Shown here: positions 61,175 to 64,000 of the stretch, one piece after another
Numbering within the stretch: position 1 is the first letter of the stretch
Layout: each line of letters starts with the position of its first letter
Made by a program: the position numbers and the translations under genes
Notes under the pieces: generated by a model
Seen by the model: only the letters and a program-made list of their open reading frames with translations
Databases searched by the model: none
What the model was told of the DNA's origin: nothing
Source: Christensenellaceae bacterium
GTDB lineage: Bacteria; Bacillota; Clostridia; Christensenellales; CAG-138
Assembly: GCA_963667195.1 (NCBI GenBank)
Contig: OY762962.1
Span: 2,515,671 to 2,579,670, forward strand
Length of the DNA stretch: 64,000 nt
Direction: 5' to 3'

Positions 61175-61984
61175 TTATCGTTTCATGCCGACTTTCTTGT
61201 TTTGCAGCTCGGTGTTCCGCTCCTCGCGAATGCTCTTGAGGTTGACGATGAGGAGCAGCGTGACCACCGGAACGAAGATGATCGTCGAGAGCGCGGGGTT
61301 CACGCCGCGGCGCGCGGAGGCGTAGATGTACATCGAGAGGTTATCCACGCCGTTTCCGGCAAAGAAGCTGATCACGAAGTCGTCCAACGAGAGCGTGAAC
61401 GCCATGATGAGTCCCGAAACGATACCCGGCATGATGTCCGGAATGACCACCTTCTGAATCGCTTGCATGGGTGTGCAGCCGAGGTCCAGCGCCGCCTCGT
61501 AGAGCATATCCGAGCTCTGCCGCAGTTTCGGCAGCACGGAGAAGATCACATACGGCAGGTTGAAGGTGATGTGCGCGATGAGCAGCCGCGTGTAGCCGTC
61601 CCGGAGTCCCACGAACAGGAACAGGAGCATCAGCGAGATACCGGTGACCAGGTCCGGGTTGACCATTGGCAGTTGCGAGATGTTCTCCAGCAGCATCCGG
61701 TCGCGCCGCTTCATCGCGTGCAGGCCGATCGCGGCGAGTGTGCCGACGACGGTCGCGACGATGGACGAGATCGCGGCGACGGAGAGCGTCACGGCGAGCG
61801 CATCGGTGATCTCCGGCGTGCGGAAGAGTTGCGTGTACCAGTTGAGCGTAAAGCCCGTCCAGTTGCCGAGGGTCTTGCTCTGGTTAAACGAGTAGACGAT
61901 CAGAATCAGGATCGGCGCGTAGAGAAACACGAGCATCAGCCCGAGATAGGTGCCGGAGAAAAACTTTTTCAGGCGGTTTACCAT
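61175..61984 (-). CDS. potC: spermidine/putrescine ABC permease
   Basis: FLYAPI...YSFN, EAALDLG, FTLSLDDF. Confidence 0.93.
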   Translation of the reverse strand: MVNRLKKFFSGTYLGLMLVFLYAPILILIVYSFNQSKTLGNWTGFTLNWYTQLFRTPEITDALAVTLSVAAISSIVATVVGTLAAIGLHAMKRRDRMLLENISQLPMVNPDLVTGISLMLLFLFVGLRDGYTRLLIAHITFNLPYVIFSVLPKLRQSSDMLYEAALDLGCTPMQAIQKVVIPDIMPGIVSGLIMAFTLSLDDFVISFFAGNGVDNLSMYIYASARRGVNPALSTIIFVPVVTLLLIVNLKSIREERNTELQNKKVGMKR

Positions 61985-62805
61985 AGCCTTCCGCCTCCTT
62001 CATCGCTGGTTTTACGCTCGGCCTTCTTCATAAACGTCATGGAGACGAGCACGAATACGAGCAGGATGATGGACAGCGCGCTGCCCGTGTTCCAAGATTG
62101 CTCTGTGATGAACTTCATGTAGATGAGGTCACCATAGAGCATCGTCTTGCCGCCGCCCAAAAGCTGGGAGATGGCAAACGTGGTCGTGCTGGGGATAAAC
62201 ACCATCGTGACGCCCGAGATGATGCCCGGCATGGAGAGCGGGAACACCACCTTGAGGAATGTCTTCGCCGGGTTTGCGCCGAGGTCCGCCGCGGCCTCGA
62301 TATAGCTCTTGTCGAGCTTGATCAAAGTCGTGTAGATCGGCAGGATCATAAACGGCAGGAAGTTATAGACCATGCCCAAGAGCACCGCGCTCTCTGTATA
62401 GAGCATGTGCGTAAATGCGCTGAGTAGCACTTTCCACGCGTAGGTACGAAGCAGGAAGTTCATCCACATCGGCACGATGAAAAACACGGAGAGAAGCGCC
62501 GCGGTGGTCTTCTTCATCTGCGAGAGCAGATACGCAACTGGATAGCCCAATAAGAGGCACAGCAGCGTCGTATACAGCGCGAAGCGGACGGAGTCCGCCA
62601 ACACGCGAAGGTTATCCCAGCTTGCCGCCTGCACGATGTTTTCCACCGTGATGCCGCCATCGCTCGTGAACGCGTAGTAGAGGATGAGCAGCATCGGAGC
62701 CAGGATAAAGATTGCCATCCAGACGACATACGGATAGGCGAACACGCTCCTGCGGACGCGCATTGCCTTCGCGATATGCGGTTTTCTTGCCTTAGTTTGC
62801 TTCAT
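61978..62805 (-). CDS. potB: spermidine/putrescine ABC permease
   Basis: [31 protein letters not shown]. Confidence 0.93.
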   Translation of the reverse strand: MKQTKARKPHIAKAMRVRRSVFAYPYVVWMAIFILAPMLLILYYAFTSDGGITVENIVQAASWDNLRVLADSVRFALYTTLLCLLLGYPVAYLLSQMKKTTAALLSVFFIVPMWMNFLLRTYAWKVLLSAFTHMLYTESAVLLGMVYNFLPFMILPIYTTLIKLDKSYIEAAADLGANPAKTFLKVVFPLSMPGIISGVTMVFIPSTTTFAISQLLGGGKTMLYGDLIYMKFITEQSWNTGSALSIILLVFVLVSMTFMKKAERKTSDEGGGRLW

Positions 62806-64000
62806 TTGCGCTCACCGCGATCTTGTCCGCAGAAACCATGAGGCCGATCTCTTCGCCGGACTCCATGTATTCCGCCGAGTAGGCGATCCAGTCTTCTTCT
62901 CCGCAGCCGATGGTGACCTCATAGTGCGTGCCGAGGAACATGCAGGCGCGCACAACGCCGGTGAGCTCGCTCTCTTCCGGCGGAATGAGCTGCACGTCCA
63001 CAGGCGCGATTGCTACCAGCACGTCATCCTTGGTCTCAAACGACTCCAGCCCTTTGCAGGCAAAGCGGTGACCCAGTATCTCCACTTCGCCGTCGTCGGG
63101 ATACGCCACTGCGTCGAAGAGGTTGGTCTGCTGCGTTTTCTTCATGATATGAATTGCGTCCGGCGGGATCGAGATGCCGACCACCTGACCGCGCTCCACG
63201 TAGTCCGTGGTCTGGATGACCCACTCATAGCCGCCGCAGTCCACGTCCACCTCGTAATGCACGCCCATGAACACGACGGAGACTGCCTTGCCGACCACGC
63301 GCGCACCCTCCGCGGGCACGATGTCGATGTCCTCGGGACGGACGACCACGTCCACCTCGGTGTTCTTGCCAAAGCCTTTGTCCACGCAGTCGTAGACGAC
63401 GCCGTTCATGCGCACCTTGAAGTCCTGCAGCATGATGCCGGGGATGATGTTGCTTTCGCCTATGAAGTCCGCGACAAACGGGTTCTTCGGCTCGTTGTAG
63501 ATATCCGTAGGCGTTCCGATCTGCTGAATCACACCGTCCTTGAGCACAACGATGGTATCGCTCATGGTCAGCGCTTCTTCCTGATCGTGGGTGACGTAGA
63601 TAAACGTAATGCCGAGGCGCTGCTGCATGTTTTTGAGCTCCACCTGCATCTCCTTGCGGAGCTTGAGGTCGAGCGCGCCCAGCGGCTCGTCGAGAAGGAG
63701 CACCTTCGGCTCGTTGACCAGCGCGCGCGCGATTGCGACGCGCTGCTGCTGTCCGCCGGAGAGCTGTTCGACAAACCTGCTGCCGTAACCCTTGAGGTTG
63801 ACCAGCTCCAGCATGGCATCCACCTTCGTTTTGATGGTGGCTTTGTCGACGTTGCGCAGCTTGAGGCCGAACGCAATGTTATCCGCAACGTTCAGATGCG
63901 GAAACAACGCATACTTCTGGAACACGGTGTTGACCTGACGCAGGTAAGGCGGCGTATTGGCGATATCCACGCCGTTCATCTCGATTCTGCCTTCGTCCGG
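62792..64000 (-). CDS. potA: spermidine/putrescine ABC ATPase (5' end outside window)
   Basis: [32 protein letters not shown]; Walker A missing so start lies beyond window. Confidence 0.93.
   Translation of the reverse strand, partial: PDEGRIEMNGVDIANTPPYLRQVNTVFQKYALFPHLNVADNIAFGLKLRNVDKATIKTKVDAMLELVNLKGYGSRFVEQLSGGQQQRVAIARALVNEPKVLLLDEPLGALDLKLRKEMQVELKNMQQRLGITFIYVTHDQEEALTMSDTIVVLKDGVIQQIGTPTDIYNEPKNPFVADFIGESNIIPGIMLQDFKVRMNGVVYDCVDKGFGKNTEVDVVVRPEDIDIVPAEGARVVGKAVSVVFMGVHYEVDVDCGGYEWVIQTTDYVERGQVVGISIPPDAIHIMKKTQQTNLFDAVAYPDDGEVEILGHRFACKGLESFETKDDVLVAIAPVDVQLIPPEESELTGVVRACMFLGTHYEVTIGCGEEDWIAYSAEYMESGEEIGLMVSADKIAVSANEAN

Overview
Clostridial-type chromosome segment, GC-rich by eye. 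(1) 1198-38729 is an apparently complete ~37.5 kb temperate short-tailed (podovirus-like) prophage integrated in tRNA-Asn(GTT), bounded by a perfect 51-bp att duplication. It carries an integrase, a repressor switch with a LexA-box-controlled small gene, three tRNAs plus other structured RNAs, a probable Acb4/Tad1-like sponge fusion, an HUH replication initiator, packaging/head/neck genes, a 2460-aa polyvalent-type protein with a nested gene, and a lysis module. (2) Host genes: decarboxylase-holB-yaaT-ferredoxin, lipid kinase, CvpA, probable Re-citrate synthase, potABCD. (3) The standout is 44646-53108, an intact, compact 10-gene operon (terminases, portal, scaffold, capsid, adaptor, nozzle, internal protein) among housekeeping genes. 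Nine of its ten genes are homologous and collinear with the neighbouring prophage head module; the small terminase is unrelated. It has no integrase, att, replication, fibre or lysis genes, making it a candidate domesticated gene-transfer-agent-like or capsid-forming system. All family assignments come from motif recognition by eye, not database searches.
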